Assembly (NCBI GenBank): GCA_965222375.1
Contig: CBDCTZ010000013.1
Location: 160,001 to 224,000 of the forward strand
Direction of reading: 5' to 3'
DNA length: 64,000 nucleotides
From: Polyangiaceae bacterium
GTDB taxonomy: Bacteria > Myxococcota_A > Polyangia > Polyangiales > Polyangiaceae
Numbering within the stretch: position 1 is the stretch's first letter; every line of letters begins with the position of its first letter. The translations under genes were made by a program, and so were the position numbers. Below, one piece after another: positions 54,532-64,000 of this stretch. The notes beneath the pieces were generated by a model that searched no databases, was not told where the DNA came from, and worked only from the letters and a program-made list of their open reading frames with translations.

Positions 54532-56199
54532 ATGGAGCACCTGGACTTTCCCGCTGACGTCCTAGGGGATCGTGACACGGCGCACCTCGCGAACGAGGAT
54601 TCCCGCGCCTACCTCCAATCCCGAGTCCGATTGTTCGCGAGCGTAGCGTTCGTATTGGTGGGTGCCCACTACCTCGCCATCAATTCTCTCCGCACTCTAA
54701 TCGGCAAGCCCTTGTCCGACTGGGCAAACATCACTGCTGCTACACACTTGGCGACCTTCGCCACATTGCTTGCCCTGTGGTCGCTGCTGAAATGGCGCAG
54801 GCTCTCCGTGCACGCGCTGAGCGTGATGGACGCGGCAGTCACCTTAGCGTTTGTGACGGGGTTGACGGTCCTCGGATACACGGCTCGAGACTCCTGGGCT
54901 CCAGAAATGGTCGTGATGATGGGCGGCACGTTGGCGATGGTCGCCCGAGCCACCCTGGTGCCCAGCGCGCGAGGGCGGACTCTCCTGGTAGGCGGCCTGA
55001 GCGGCACGATCATGGTCACCGGGGTCTTCTTCATCAGTCGCTCCCAAATCGAAAGCCACGGTCCGGGCTACTACGCGGCCATTGCCGCGTCCTGGGTGGG
55101 CCTCGCATTGGCGGCGACGGTCATTGCCTCACGAATCATCTATGGCCTCACCAAGCAGGTGCATGCAGCGGAGAGTCTGGGGCACTACATGCTCAGCGCC
55201 AAGATCGGTGAAGGGGCCATGGGCATCGTGTACCGGGCGCAACACGCGCTCTTGAAACGCCCCACAGCGGTCAAGTTACTGCGGCCTGAGGTCGCGGCCA
55301 AGCGAACCGTGGAACGCTTTCGGAAAGAGATACTGCTCACAGCCCGCCTCGAGCATCCAAGCACCGTCGCCGTGTACGATTGCGGCCAGACTCGTGACGG
55401 CAACTTGTACTACGCGATGGAGCTACTCGATGGCGTCGACCTCTACTCCGTAATCTCGCAGTTCGGCCCGCTGGAGCCAGAGCGGGTGGTGCATTTGCTG
55501 ACCCAGGCCTGCGGTTCCCTGGCGGAAGCGCACACGGCAGGCCTCATCCACCGCGACATCAAGCCCGGCAACATGATGTTGTGCCGTCGCGGCGGCGCTT
55601 ATGACGTGCTCAAGATCCTTGACTTCGGGCTCGTGAAGGATTCCGACGCTGGCCGGTCACAGCCCGACATCAGCTCCGAAACGCAGATTGTTGGCACCCC
55701 CCTGTACATGGCGCCAGAAGCGATTGCCTACCCGGGCCAGGTGGACAAGCGCACGGACCTGTATGCGCTTGGGGCGAGCGCATACTTCATCTTGACCGGT
55801 CGCCACATATTCGAAGCTGACGAGCGCGACAGGGTTTTCAAACAGCAAATGGAAGACGTGCCCAAGCGTCCTTCGTCACTGGCGCCGGGACCCATCCCGG
55901 AGCAACTCGAAACCATCGTGATGCAGTGTCTGGAGAAGAAGCAGGACGATCGCCCGGATAGCGCCGACGCTCTGGGTGAGATGCTGGAGGCCCTCGACCT
56001 TTCGCCACGTTGGACGCAGGCGCAAGCCCGCGCGTGGTGGGAAGAGCACAAGCCCAGCGCCCACCTACACGACTCGGGCTCCGCTGAGGTCACGCTAGTG
56101 GATCCGCCGCGGCTGCTGGCCCCCGACCCTCACGCCTCGACGGAGCCGGCGCTGGGCTCCACCCTGCGCAGCCCGAGTACCAAGCGCGCTGCCTCCTGA
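54532..56199 (+). CDS. Membrane-anchored Ser/Thr protein kinase
   Basis: About six TM helices, then IGEGAMGIVY, AVK, HRDIKPGN, DFG, GTPLYMAPE. Confidence 0.94.
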   Translation: MEHLDFPADVLGDRDTAHLANEDSRAYLQSRVRLFASVAFVLVGAHYLAINSLRTLIGKPLSDWANITAATHLATFATLLALWSLLKWRRLSVHALSVMDAAVTLAFVTGLTVLGYTARDSWAPEMVVMMGGTLAMVARATLVPSARGRTLLVGGLSGTIMVTGVFFISRSQIESHGPGYYAAIAASWVGLALAATVIASRIIYGLTKQVHAAESLGHYMLSAKIGEGAMGIVYRAQHALLKRPTAVKLLRPEVAAKRTVERFRKEILLTARLEHPSTVAVYDCGQTRDGNLYYAMELLDGVDLYSVISQFGPLEPERVVHLLTQACGSLAEAHTAGLIHRDIKPGNMMLCRRGGAYDVLKILDFGLVKDSDAGRSQPDISSETQIVGTPLYMAPEAIAYPGQVDKRTDLYALGASAYFILTGRHIFEADERDRVFKQQMEDVPKRPSSLAPGPIPEQLETIVMQCLEKKQDDRPDSADALGEMLEALDLSPRWTQAQARAWWEEHKPSAHLHDSGSAEVTLVDPPRLLAPDPHASTEPALGSTLRSPSTKRAAS

Positions 56200-56235
56200 A
56201 GCTACTTCGGGGACGTTCTGGTACGCTCTGCGCCC

Positions 56236-56505
56236 ATGGCTCGGCTCACCTTCACCAAGAATCTCGCGCGTCACATCGAGTGCCCACCGCTGCAAGTGAA
56301 CGCGGAAACGGTGCGCGCAGTGGTCGACGCCGCCTTTGCTCGGGATCCCCGACTGCGCGGATATGTGCTGGACGACCAGGGGGCGCTTCGCAAGCACATG
56401 GTGGTGTTCGTCGATGGTCGGCAGATCCGAGATCGCAACGGCCTTTCGGATCCTGTTGATGCGGACTCTGAGGTGTACGTGATGCAGGCCTTGAGCGGAG
56501 GATGA
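56236..56505 (+). CDS. MoaD/ThiS-family ubiquitin-like protein
   Basis: 89 aa with LRGYVLDDQG, VFVDG and C-terminal QALSGG. Confidence 0.92.
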   Translation: MARLTFTKNLARHIECPPLQVNAETVRAVVDAAFARDPRLRGYVLDDQGALRKHMVVFVDGRQIRDRNGLSDPVDADSEVYVMQALSGG

Positions 56506-56506
56506 G

Positions 56507-57607
56507 ATGTCGCAATTCGTAGTCGCTACGCGCAAAGGCCTATTCATCGTCAACGCACAAACCCGGGCCGTGTGTCGCTCGGCATTCCTCGGGGATCCTG
56601 TGACCGCGGTGCTTCCCGACAGTCGCGACGGATGGCTCTGGGCGGCGGTGGGTCACGGCCACTTCGGCGCCAAATTGTTCTGTTCCAAGAACGGCGGGGA
56701 GACCTTCGTGGAAACCGCGGGCCCCAAATACCCTGCCAAGCCTGAAGGGCTCGAAGACAAGGACGCCAATCGAGGCAGTGACGTTCCCTGGAACGTTGAA
56801 CAAGTCTGGGTGCTCGAGGCAGGCCTGAAGCAAGAAGCTGGCGTCTTGTACGCGGGCACGATCCCGGGCGGGTTCTTCAGCAGCAGAGACGGCGGCGATA
56901 GCTGGAAGCTGTGCGAATCACTCTGGCTTTCGGACGCACGAAAGGAGTGGTTTGGGGGCGGCTACGACCACCCGGGGATCCACTCGGTCTGCGTGGACCC
57001 TCGCGGGCCCAAACGGTTGCTCATGGGCGTATCCTGCGGAGGCGTCTGGCGATCCAACGACGGCGGTGAGCGCTTCGAGGCCAGCACCCGCGGGCTATGG
57101 GCAGCGTACGTGCCCGATGGGCGAAAAGAAGAGTCAGCAATCCAGGATCCACATCGCATCGTGCGCTGTGCGGCCGCACCGGACGTCCTGTGGTGCCAGC
57201 ACCACAACGGCGTGTTTCGCTCCGAAGACGACGGCGCTTGCTGGACGGAACTCGATACCGGACCTTCCAGTAACTTCGGCTTCGCCGTCGTTGCCCATCC
57301 GGAAGACCCGCTCACCGCGTGGTTCGTTCCCTTGGAAAGCGATGCCCGCCGCATTCCCGTCGATGGTAAGGTCGTGGTTTCGCGCACCCGCGACGGTGGC
57401 AAGACCTTCGAACTATTGACCGACGGCCTGCCTCAGCATGAGGCCTTCGACATGGTGTATCGCCATGGGCTCGACGTCAGTCCAGACGGCAAGACCCTGG
57501 TCATGGGTTCCACCACGGGAACGCTCTTCATCAGCAACGACTCGGGCGAGAGCTGGCGCACGGTGCACCATCTGCCGCCCATCTACGCCGTTCGCTTCTG
57601 GCACTAG
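56507..57607 (+). CDS. BNR/Asp-box repeat beta-propeller protein
   Basis: Repeated S-x-D-G-G-x-T/S-W/F boxes; ATRKGLF; starts 1 bp after the Ubl gene. Confidence 0.9.
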   Translation: MSQFVVATRKGLFIVNAQTRAVCRSAFLGDPVTAVLPDSRDGWLWAAVGHGHFGAKLFCSKNGGETFVETAGPKYPAKPEGLEDKDANRGSDVPWNVEQVWVLEAGLKQEAGVLYAGTIPGGFFSSRDGGDSWKLCESLWLSDARKEWFGGGYDHPGIHSVCVDPRGPKRLLMGVSCGGVWRSNDGGERFEASTRGLWAAYVPDGRKEESAIQDPHRIVRCAAAPDVLWCQHHNGVFRSEDDGACWTELDTGPSSNFGFAVVAHPEDPLTAWFVPLESDARRIPVDGKVVVSRTRDGGKTFELLTDGLPQHEAFDMVYRHGLDVSPDGKTLVMGSTTGTLFISNDSGESWRTVHHLPPIYAVRFWH

Positions 57608-58215
57608 GCCGCGCGAGGCGCCCAAGGGGCCAGCGAAGCGACGGCGGTCGGGTGCAGCACGATATGAAACACCGCGCCGTCTTGGCCCATCACGGCGAAC
57701 AGTTCCCCGGCGGAACCCTGGACCCGCTGTTTCGACGGCCCGACGTGGCGCACGCTGACTTCCGCAGGCGAGGCAAAGTAAACACGATTCACCTGGCCAT
57801 CCTGTTTTTCCAGGGCCAGGACGAACCGCCCCCGGCTGGTCAACATCGCGGTCACGCCCTTGGGGCGGATCTGATCTTGCACCGCCCCCACCGGCAAGAC
57901 CCCGAACAGACCACCCAACACCACGCCAGCGCCGCCCAGCAGGACCTTCTCGAGAGTGGACTGCATGTCCTCGAACTCACCCACCCACAACTGCGTGATG
58001 GTCTCGCCCTTTTCCAGTCCGAAGTGAGCCGCCATGCCTCGCTTCGTCATCTTCCAATACGAATAGATCACGTAGGCCACGATCCCCCCACCAAACAGCG
58101 CCATGAAGGCGACGCCCGCGATCTTGGGCAGCATGGCTTCGACGGGTGCGACGTCGAAAGCACCCCCTAGACCCGTCGCGCTCGCTAGCATGGGCACCTG
58201 AGCGCTGTCGCTCAT
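57604..58215 (-). CDS. Hypothetical membrane-anchored protein
   Basis: ATGA overlap with the upstream gene; TM segment then FGLEKGETITQLWVG...AMLTSRGRFVL. Confidence 0.7.
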   Translation of the reverse strand: MSDSAQVPMLASATGLGGAFDVAPVEAMLPKIAGVAFMALFGGGIVAYVIYSYWKMTKRGMAAHFGLEKGETITQLWVGEFEDMQSTLEKVLLGGAGVVLGGLFGVLPVGAVQDQIRPKGVTAMLTSRGRFVLALEKQDGQVNRVYFASPAEVSVRHVGPSKQRVQGSAGELFAVMGQDGAVFHIVLHPTAVASLAPWAPRAA

Positions 58216-58862
58216 CCAGCCTGAGGTTTCGCCTGCTGCACGGCGCCATTCCAGACTGCCGCTGCGGCGTCGGGAGCCATCGGGATGACCGCCGCGATCG
58301 AGCGCTGCTGGCCCGTCACCTCCAGGCTCTGGGTCGAGAGCCAACATGGGTACTGGGCGCCGTCTGGCCCGGTGAGCATGACCAGCTCCAGGGGAACAGC
58401 GGGGTTGAAGGGATTCTTCGGCGCGGGACCTTGGTGGTCGGGCACCGCGGCGGCGCTGGTTGTGGCCGTAGCGCCCCGCGCCCAGGTTCGAACCTGCTTG
58501 TAGTTTCCCCGATCTCCCAGCTCGCAGTACTCCTCTGCCACCAGCAACCTTCCGTGGGACGTCAGCGTCGCGAGGACCTGTGGCGTGTACTTCGAGACTC
58601 CAACCGCCTTGGACGAAATCTCATTGAGCACTGCACTGCCCACTTGCCCGGCGGCGCTCTGCGAACCCGTATAGGCGAGCCCCTGCCACAAAGCGATGAT
58701 GTATTCCTCTGCGCCCAGGTCGTAGGTGCCAGCGTAGCTGTTGTGGAACATGATCGGCCCATGCCCCTCTGCAACCGCTTTGCGCACTTGTGCCTGGTAC
58801 CAGAAGACGTAAACCAGCGCGGCAACAATGACGATGACCGGGACGAAGTACATCAGTGACAT
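58212..58862 (-). CDS. Hypothetical membrane-anchored protein
   Basis: N-terminal TM FVPVIVIVAALVYVFWY, then YDLGAEEYIIALWQG...ATLTSHGRLLV. Confidence 0.72.
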   Translation of the reverse strand: MSLMYFVPVIVIVAALVYVFWYQAQVRKAVAEGHGPIMFHNSYAGTYDLGAEEYIIALWQGLAYTGSQSAAGQVGSAVLNEISSKAVGVSKYTPQVLATLTSHGRLLVAEEYCELGDRGNYKQVRTWARGATATTSAAAVPDHQGPAPKNPFNPAVPLELVMLTGPDGAQYPCWLSTQSLEVTGQQRSIAAVIPMAPDAAAAVWNGAVQQAKPQAG

Positions 58863-58980
58863 GCGGTGCGTCCTAGACAATCGCCTTCAGCCTGGAAAGC
58901 ACGCCCGACTAGCTCGCCCTCGAAGCCACTTTGTAGGCGGATCTCGATGCCTCGAGCGTGACTAGGCCGCCCGGGCTGTT

Positions 58981-59496
58981 CTACTTCACACCGCAGAAAC
59001 CATTCTCACAGGTCGCCGTCTTGCCCTCACAGGGATTGATCAAGCAGTTCAAGGGAAACCCGTCGCACTTCGGATCCTTGTCCGACTTGGGCAAAGGCAG
59101 GCACTTGCAGCCCGTGGTGGAACACATGCTGGAAAACAGTCGGCAGTCCTTCGGGGCCTTGCATTCCTTGCCCGAACCCGCGTCCGGTTTGGTGCCGCCG
59201 GAGCCGCCGGTGGATGCATCTGGGCCGACGCCAGCGGTGCCGCCGGATGCGGTACCCGCGCCGCCATCGGGGGCTGTGCCTGCACTGCCCCCGGTCGCGC
59301 TGCCCGCGCTGCCGCCCGTCGCGCTTCCAGAGCTGCCGCCAGTTCCCGCCCCGGAGCCTCCGCCCGCACCCCCGGTAGCGCTTCCAGCGCTTCCGCCGCT
59401 AGCGGCGCCCCCAGTCCCGCTAGAATCGTCGTCGCTGCCACAAGCGCTGACGAAGACGAACACTACAGCGCACCCCAAGAAAAGCCCTTTAGTCAC
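58981..59496 (-). CDS. Gly/Ser-linker, Cys-rich lipoprotein
   Basis: GGAGGTG RBS, GTG start, lipobox VSAC, GGSAGSAT repeats, 8-Cys C-terminal domain. Confidence 0.75.
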   Translation of the reverse strand: MTKGLFLGCAVVFVFVSACGSDDDSSGTGGAASGGSAGSATGGAGGGSGAGTGGSSGSATGGSAGSATGGSAGTAPDGGAGTASGGTAGVGPDASTGGSGGTKPDAGSGKECKAPKDCRLFSSMCSTTGCKCLPLPKSDKDPKCDGFPLNCLINPCEGKTATCENGFCGVK

Positions 59497-59599
59497 CGAT
59501 TCACCTCCAAGCCCATAGCTTAGCGCATCGCGGGCGCGAGAGCGCCATCGGGAGCCCGCAAATGATATGACTCTAGGCTCGGTTTCGACAGGAGGCGGC

Positions 59600-59860
59600 A
59601 TGGCGAAGGATGTAATCGTGCGCGTAACGGGGCGTGGGGTAGTTGTCCGCGGGATACCTGCCGAGGACGACAGCGTCGCGGCGAAATGCGATCTCTGCGG
59701 GTCCGATGCAGATGCGACGGCCTCCGTCGCGCTAGATGGCGACGCTCCTTTCGCCTGCAAGAGCTGCCTCAGGGAGCGTCTAGAAGCGATGACAGTTTCA
59801 CTCTACCTGTTTTCATCCCCCACCTCCGGTGGCCTGCCCTGGGGAAAGATCAGCGGCTGA
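59600..59860 (+). CDS. Small putative zinc-finger protein
   Basis: AGGAGG RBS; CDLC and CKSC pairs. Confidence 0.65.
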   Translation: MAKDVIVRVTGRGVVVRGIPAEDDSVAAKCDLCGSDADATASVALDGDAPFACKSCLRERLEAMTVSLYLFSSPTSGGLPWGKISG

Positions 59861-59897
59861 TGCAGATGCACGCGAGCGCCGAGTTTTGGAGACAACA

Positions 59898-61211
59898 ATG
59901 CTGAAGAAAGTGCCCACAAAGCGTGGTGAGTCCGTGTTCGAGGACTTCAAGGATCCCTACACGTCGCAACAAGCCGAGGTAGAAGCCAATCGCTGCTTGT
60001 ACTGCTCGGACGCGCCGTGCATCGCCAAGTGCCCGACCGCCATCAACATCCCGGAGTTCATTCGCAAAATTGCTACGGGCAACTTGAAGGGATCTGCGAG
60101 GACCATTTTCGACTCGAACATCCTCGGCATGAGCTGCGCACGGGTCTGCCCGGTTGAAGTTCTTTGTGTCGGCGACTGCGTCTACAACGAAATGGGCGTG
60201 CCGCCGATTCAGATTGGCAAGCTGCAGCGCTACGCGACAGACGTCGCCTTCGACAACAACCAACGCTTCTTCGAGGCCGGCAAGGACACCGGCAAGAGTG
60301 TCGCACTGGTGGGCGGTGGTCCCGCATCGTTGGCAGCGGCTCACGAGCTCCGACGCCTGGGCCACGCCTGCACGATCTACGAAAAGCGTGAGGTTTTGGG
60401 TGGTTTGAACACGACCGGTGTCGCGCCCTACAAGATGAAGGCCGATCGCTCCTTGGATGAAGTCGAGTGGGTCTTGGGTATCGGCGGCATCGAGGTGAAG
60501 ACGGGAGTCGAGATCGGCAACGACTTGAGCTTTGCCGACCTGGAAAAGAAGCATGACGCCGTCTTCATTGGCCTCGGCCTCGGCCCGGACACGACCATGG
60601 ATGTGCCAGGTGCCGATCTGAAGGGAATCCACGGTGCAGTGGATTTCATCGAGCAGTTCAAGCTCAATCCCACCTCCTTGGACGGCGTAGAGACCGCAGT
60701 GATCGTGGGCGGTGGCAACACTGCCATCGACGCAGTCCGAGAGACCAACGGCCTAGGGATCGAGAAATCGCTCATGGTGTATCGCGGCACGGAAGCCAAG
60801 ATGTCCGGATACAAGCACGAGTGGGCAGCCGCCAAGGTGGAAGGCTGCACCGCGGTTTGGCAAGCGCTACCCATCGCATTCGAAGGCAGCGGACGGGTTC
60901 AGCGGGTCAAATGCATCCGGCTGAACGACGAGAAAAAGCCCATCTCGGGCACGGAGTTCAGCATCGACGCAGATCTGGTGCTGGTCGCCATCGGACAAAG
61001 CAAGCTCGGCGAACTGCTTGCCAATCTGGATGGCATCGAGATTGAGCGCGGTCGCGTCATCGTAGATGAGCACGGCGGCTGCGGACGCAAAGGTTTCTAC
61101 GCTGGGGGCGATTGCGCCAACGGCGGCAAAGAAGTGGTCAATGCCGCGGCGGAGGGCAAAGCTGCCGCGCGCACCATGCACGCCTACATGATGGGAGGCA
61201 AAAATGCCTGA
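59898..61211 (+). CDS. preT: Dihydropyrimidine dehydrogenase subunit PreT
   Basis: EANRCLYCSDAPC, CARVCP, GGGPA, GGGNTAID; overlaps preA. Confidence 0.9.
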   Translation: MLKKVPTKRGESVFEDFKDPYTSQQAEVEANRCLYCSDAPCIAKCPTAINIPEFIRKIATGNLKGSARTIFDSNILGMSCARVCPVEVLCVGDCVYNEMGVPPIQIGKLQRYATDVAFDNNQRFFEAGKDTGKSVALVGGGPASLAAAHELRRLGHACTIYEKREVLGGLNTTGVAPYKMKADRSLDEVEWVLGIGGIEVKTGVEIGNDLSFADLEKKHDAVFIGLGLGPDTTMDVPGADLKGIHGAVDFIEQFKLNPTSLDGVETAVIVGGGNTAIDAVRETNGLGIEKSLMVYRGTEAKMSGYKHEWAAAKVEGCTAVWQALPIAFEGSGRVQRVKCIRLNDEKKPISGTEFSIDADLVLVAIGQSKLGELLANLDGIEIERGRVIVDEHGGCGRKGFYAGGDCANGGKEVVNAAAEGKAAARTMHAYMMGGKNA

Positions 61212-62484
61212 TCTTTCCACGAACTGTGCCGGCATCCGTTCTCCGAATCCCTTCTGGCTGGCATCGGCACCCCCTGCAAACTCCGGCGCTCAAGTTCAGC
61301 GCGCATTCGACCATGGTTGGGGCGGCGCCGTCTGGAAGACCCTCGGGCAGCCGATTCAGAACGTCTCGAGCCGCTTCGGCGCAGTGAGCTACGGGGGCAA
61401 GAACGCGATCGGCTTCAACAACATCGAGTTGATCACGGATCGACCGCTGGAGACCAACTTCAATGAGATCTACGAGACGAAGAAGAAGTATCCGAAACAC
61501 GCGGTCGTCGTGTCGCTGATGGTCGAAACCAAGGAGGAATGGAAAGACATCATCAAGCGCAGCATCGATGCTGGCGCGGATGGGCTGGAGTTGAACTTCG
61601 GCTGTCCGCACGGCATGTGCGAGCGCGGAATGGGCTCTGCGGTTGGGCAGGAGCCAACCGTAAACGAGCGCATCACCAGCTGGGCCAAGGAATATTCGAG
61701 CGTCCCGGTACTGGTAAAGCTCACGCCGAATGTTGGCGACATTTTGCCCCACGGCCTAGCCGCCCGCCGCGGCGGCGCGGACGGCGTATCCCTCATCAAC
61801 ACCATCAAGAGCATCATCGGCGTAGACATCGACCGCTTCGTGCCTACGCCTCGGGTCGATTCCCAGAGCACGAACGGCGGCTACTGCGGCGCTGCGGTGC
61901 GCCCCATCGCATTGCACATGGTGGCTCAGCTGGCCCGCTGCAAGGAGTTCGGGCTGCCCATCAGCGGCATTGGCGGCGTGACGAACTGGCGTGACGCCGT
62001 GGAGTTCCTACTTCTGGGAAGTAGCAGCGTTCAGGTTTGCACCGAAGTGATGCTCAAGGGTTACCGCATCGTGGAGGACATGAATGAAGGTCTCGAAGAG
62101 TACATGCGCTCCCACGGCTTCGAGACCATCGACCAGATGGTCGGCAAGGCGGTGCCCGGCTATTCCGAATGGGGCGATCTGGATCTGAACTACGAGACCA
62201 TCGCCAAGATCGACTCAAAAAGCTGCATTGGCTGTCAGGTGTGCCTCGTGGCTTGTCACGACGGCGCGCATCAGTGCATTCATCAGCCCGAAGAGGCGGA
62301 AAACGGCGTGCGCGTACCGATGGTCGACGAGAGCGAGTGCGTTGGCTGCAATCTGTGCCAGATTGTGTGTCCGGTTCCTGGCTGCATAAGCATGGAGGCC
62401 GTCGACAACGGCTATGAGCCAGCAACCTGGAACCAGCACGTCAGTGAGGGCGCAAAGCTCCGCCCCAAAAAAGGCGCTCACTGA
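61204..62484 (+). CDS. preA: Dihydropyrimidine dehydrogenase subunit PreA
   Basis: NPFWLASAPP, NNIELI, NFGCPHGM, KLTPN, two C-terminal 4Fe-4S motifs. Confidence 0.96.
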   Translation: MPDLSTNCAGIRSPNPFWLASAPPANSGAQVQRAFDHGWGGAVWKTLGQPIQNVSSRFGAVSYGGKNAIGFNNIELITDRPLETNFNEIYETKKKYPKHAVVVSLMVETKEEWKDIIKRSIDAGADGLELNFGCPHGMCERGMGSAVGQEPTVNERITSWAKEYSSVPVLVKLTPNVGDILPHGLAARRGGADGVSLINTIKSIIGVDIDRFVPTPRVDSQSTNGGYCGAAVRPIALHMVAQLARCKEFGLPISGIGGVTNWRDAVEFLLLGSSSVQVCTEVMLKGYRIVEDMNEGLEEYMRSHGFETIDQMVGKAVPGYSEWGDLDLNYETIAKIDSKSCIGCQVCLVACHDGAHQCIHQPEEAENGVRVPMVDESECVGCNLCQIVCPVPGCISMEAVDNGYEPATWNQHVSEGAKLRPKKGAH

Positions 62485-62550
62485 GGCCTGGCAGCCGTCC
62501 ACGACCATTTCGAACTGTTCCCGGCGCCATCGAGGGTGCAGCATGGACTC

Positions 62551-64000
62551 ATGGCTGAACCCCGATCCGCCCTGTGCATGCTGTGCGAGGCCGCGTGCGG
62601 CCTCGAGGTAGAATTTGAAGGCGCTGCCGTAACCCGGATCCGCGGCGACAAGGCCAGCCCGAGCCGTGGCCACATCTGTCCGAAGGGCGTGGCGATTCCG
62701 GACATCCAAAACGACCCGGATCGCATCACGTCACCCATCAAGCGGCAGGCCGACGGCAGCTGGGTGCGTGTCGAGTGGGACGATGCGCTGTCGGACATCG
62801 GCAGTCGCATGGGGCGCATTCAACAGCAGGGCGGCAAAGACGCCCTCGCCTTCTACTTCGGCAACCCCACCGGGCACAGCTACAGCGCGCTCCTGGCAGG
62901 CATCGCGTTCCATTTGACGCTCGGCAGCCGCAATATCTTTTCATCCCAATCCGTGGACGCCCTGCCGCGAGTGTTCGTGTCCTGGCTGCTGTACGGCAAT
63001 CAAGCGCTGATCCCGGTCCCAGACATCGATCGCACAGAGCTGTTGGTGATCATCGGTGCGAACCCAATCGTCTCCAACGGCAGCGCGATGTGCTCACCGG
63101 GCATCGACAAGCGACTGCGAGATCTGAAATCCCGCGGCGGCCGTCTGGTCGTCATCGACCCCCGACGAACCGAGACCGCCGAACTTGCCGACGAGCATCT
63201 CGCGGTCCGGCCGGGCAGCGACGCGGCGCTGTTGGCGGGGCTGCTGAATGTATTGTTCGCGCGCGGCTGGGTCGCCGAAGCTCACGTCTCAAAGCAAGCC
63301 AGCGGGGTGGGCGAACTACAACGGGCCATCCAGGACTTCGCTCCAGATCGGGTCGCCCCCTTCGTCGGGATCGACGCCGAAGCCATCGAAAGCCTGGCCC
63401 GATCTCTGCACGAAACACCCCGGGCCGCCGTCTATGGCCGCATGGGAACCTGCGTGCAGCCCTTCGGGGCCCTGGCAACCTGGCTCATCGATGCCGTCAA
63501 CCTCGTCACTGGCCACCTGGACAGCGTGGGCGGCGCCATGTTCGCGACTCCGGCAGTGGACCTAGCCGCCCTGGCCGCAACTTTGGGTCAGACCGGGGCC
63601 TACAATCGTTGGCAGAGCCGGGTGAGCGGACGACCGGAGTTCAACGGTGAGCTGCCCGTGGCGGCGTTCGCCGAAGAACTCGAAACTCCCGGCGCGGGTC
63701 AGATCAAAGGGCTCATCGTGCACGCGGGCAACCCCGTGCTGTCGCTGCCGAACGGGCGGCGGCTCGCGCGCGCCTTTGACGAGCTGGAGCTCATGGTTGC
63801 GGTGGACATCTACCGCAACGAGACGACGCGCCACGCCCACTACATCTTGCCATCGAGCTTCGGCTTCGAGCACGACCAGTTCGCACTCCTGTCCCAGGCC
63901 TTGGGAGTGCGCAACACGGTTCAATACGCGCCCGCGCTGGTGTCACCGCCACCGGGCTGTCGTCACGACTACGAAGTCCTAGGTGAGCTCTGCCTTCGCC
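62551..64000 (+). CDS. Molybdopterin-dependent oxidoreductase, truncated by the window end
   Basis: Not in the ORF track; reads MAEPRSALCMLCEAACGL...GHICPKG...YFGNP...GANPIVSNGS...IDPRRTETA...GNPVLS. Confidence 0.92.
   Translation, partial: MAEPRSALCMLCEAACGLEVEFEGAAVTRIRGDKASPSRGHICPKGVAIPDIQNDPDRITSPIKRQADGSWVRVEWDDALSDIGSRMGRIQQQGGKDALAFYFGNPTGHSYSALLAGIAFHLTLGSRNIFSSQSVDALPRVFVSWLLYGNQALIPVPDIDRTELLVIIGANPIVSNGSAMCSPGIDKRLRDLKSRGGRLVVIDPRRTETAELADEHLAVRPGSDAALLAGLLNVLFARGWVAEAHVSKQASGVGELQRAIQDFAPDRVAPFVGIDAEAIESLARSLHETPRAAVYGRMGTCVQPFGALATWLIDAVNLVTGHLDSVGGAMFATPAVDLAALAATLGQTGAYNRWQSRVSGRPEFNGELPVAAFAEELETPGAGQIKGLIVHAGNPVLSLPNGRRLARAFDELELMVAVDIYRNETTRHAHYILPSSFGFEHDQFALLSQALGVRNTVQYAPALVSPPPGCRHDYEVLGELCLR

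Overview
This is a high-GC window of core chromosome, most likely from a myxobacterium (Polyangia/Sorangium-like). That call rests on the MglC homologue, the FHA-sigma54 activator, the membrane Ser/Thr kinase and the Cys/Gly-rich lipoproteins. Housekeeping genes include purF, HMG-CoA lyase, yceD-rpmF-fabH-fabD-fabG-acpP-fabF-nrdR-ribD-def, bamA, gyrA-nth, mglC-aroQ-accB-accC-meaB, methylmalonyl-CoA mutase with a second meaB, a ParE-type topoisomerase B subunit, preT-preA and a molybdopterin oxidoreductase cut by the window edge. The most notable accessory feature is a ~3 kb region (12.2-15.2 kb) between two convergent genes. In it a lone HNH endonuclease gene is bracketed by ~320-340 bp imperfect inverted repeats, with tandem repeats at the stop codons of both neighbouring genes, and no recognisable transposase. 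A third stop-anchored repeat at 7.36-7.57 kb recopies a gene's last 11 codons. Other points: a probable selenoprotein missed by the ORF track (in-frame TGA in a UxxC motif plus a SECIS-like hairpin), a frameshifted porin, two apparent pseudo-enzymes, and a ubiquitin-like/BNR-propeller gene pair. All family calls are from motif recognition by eye; no searches were run.
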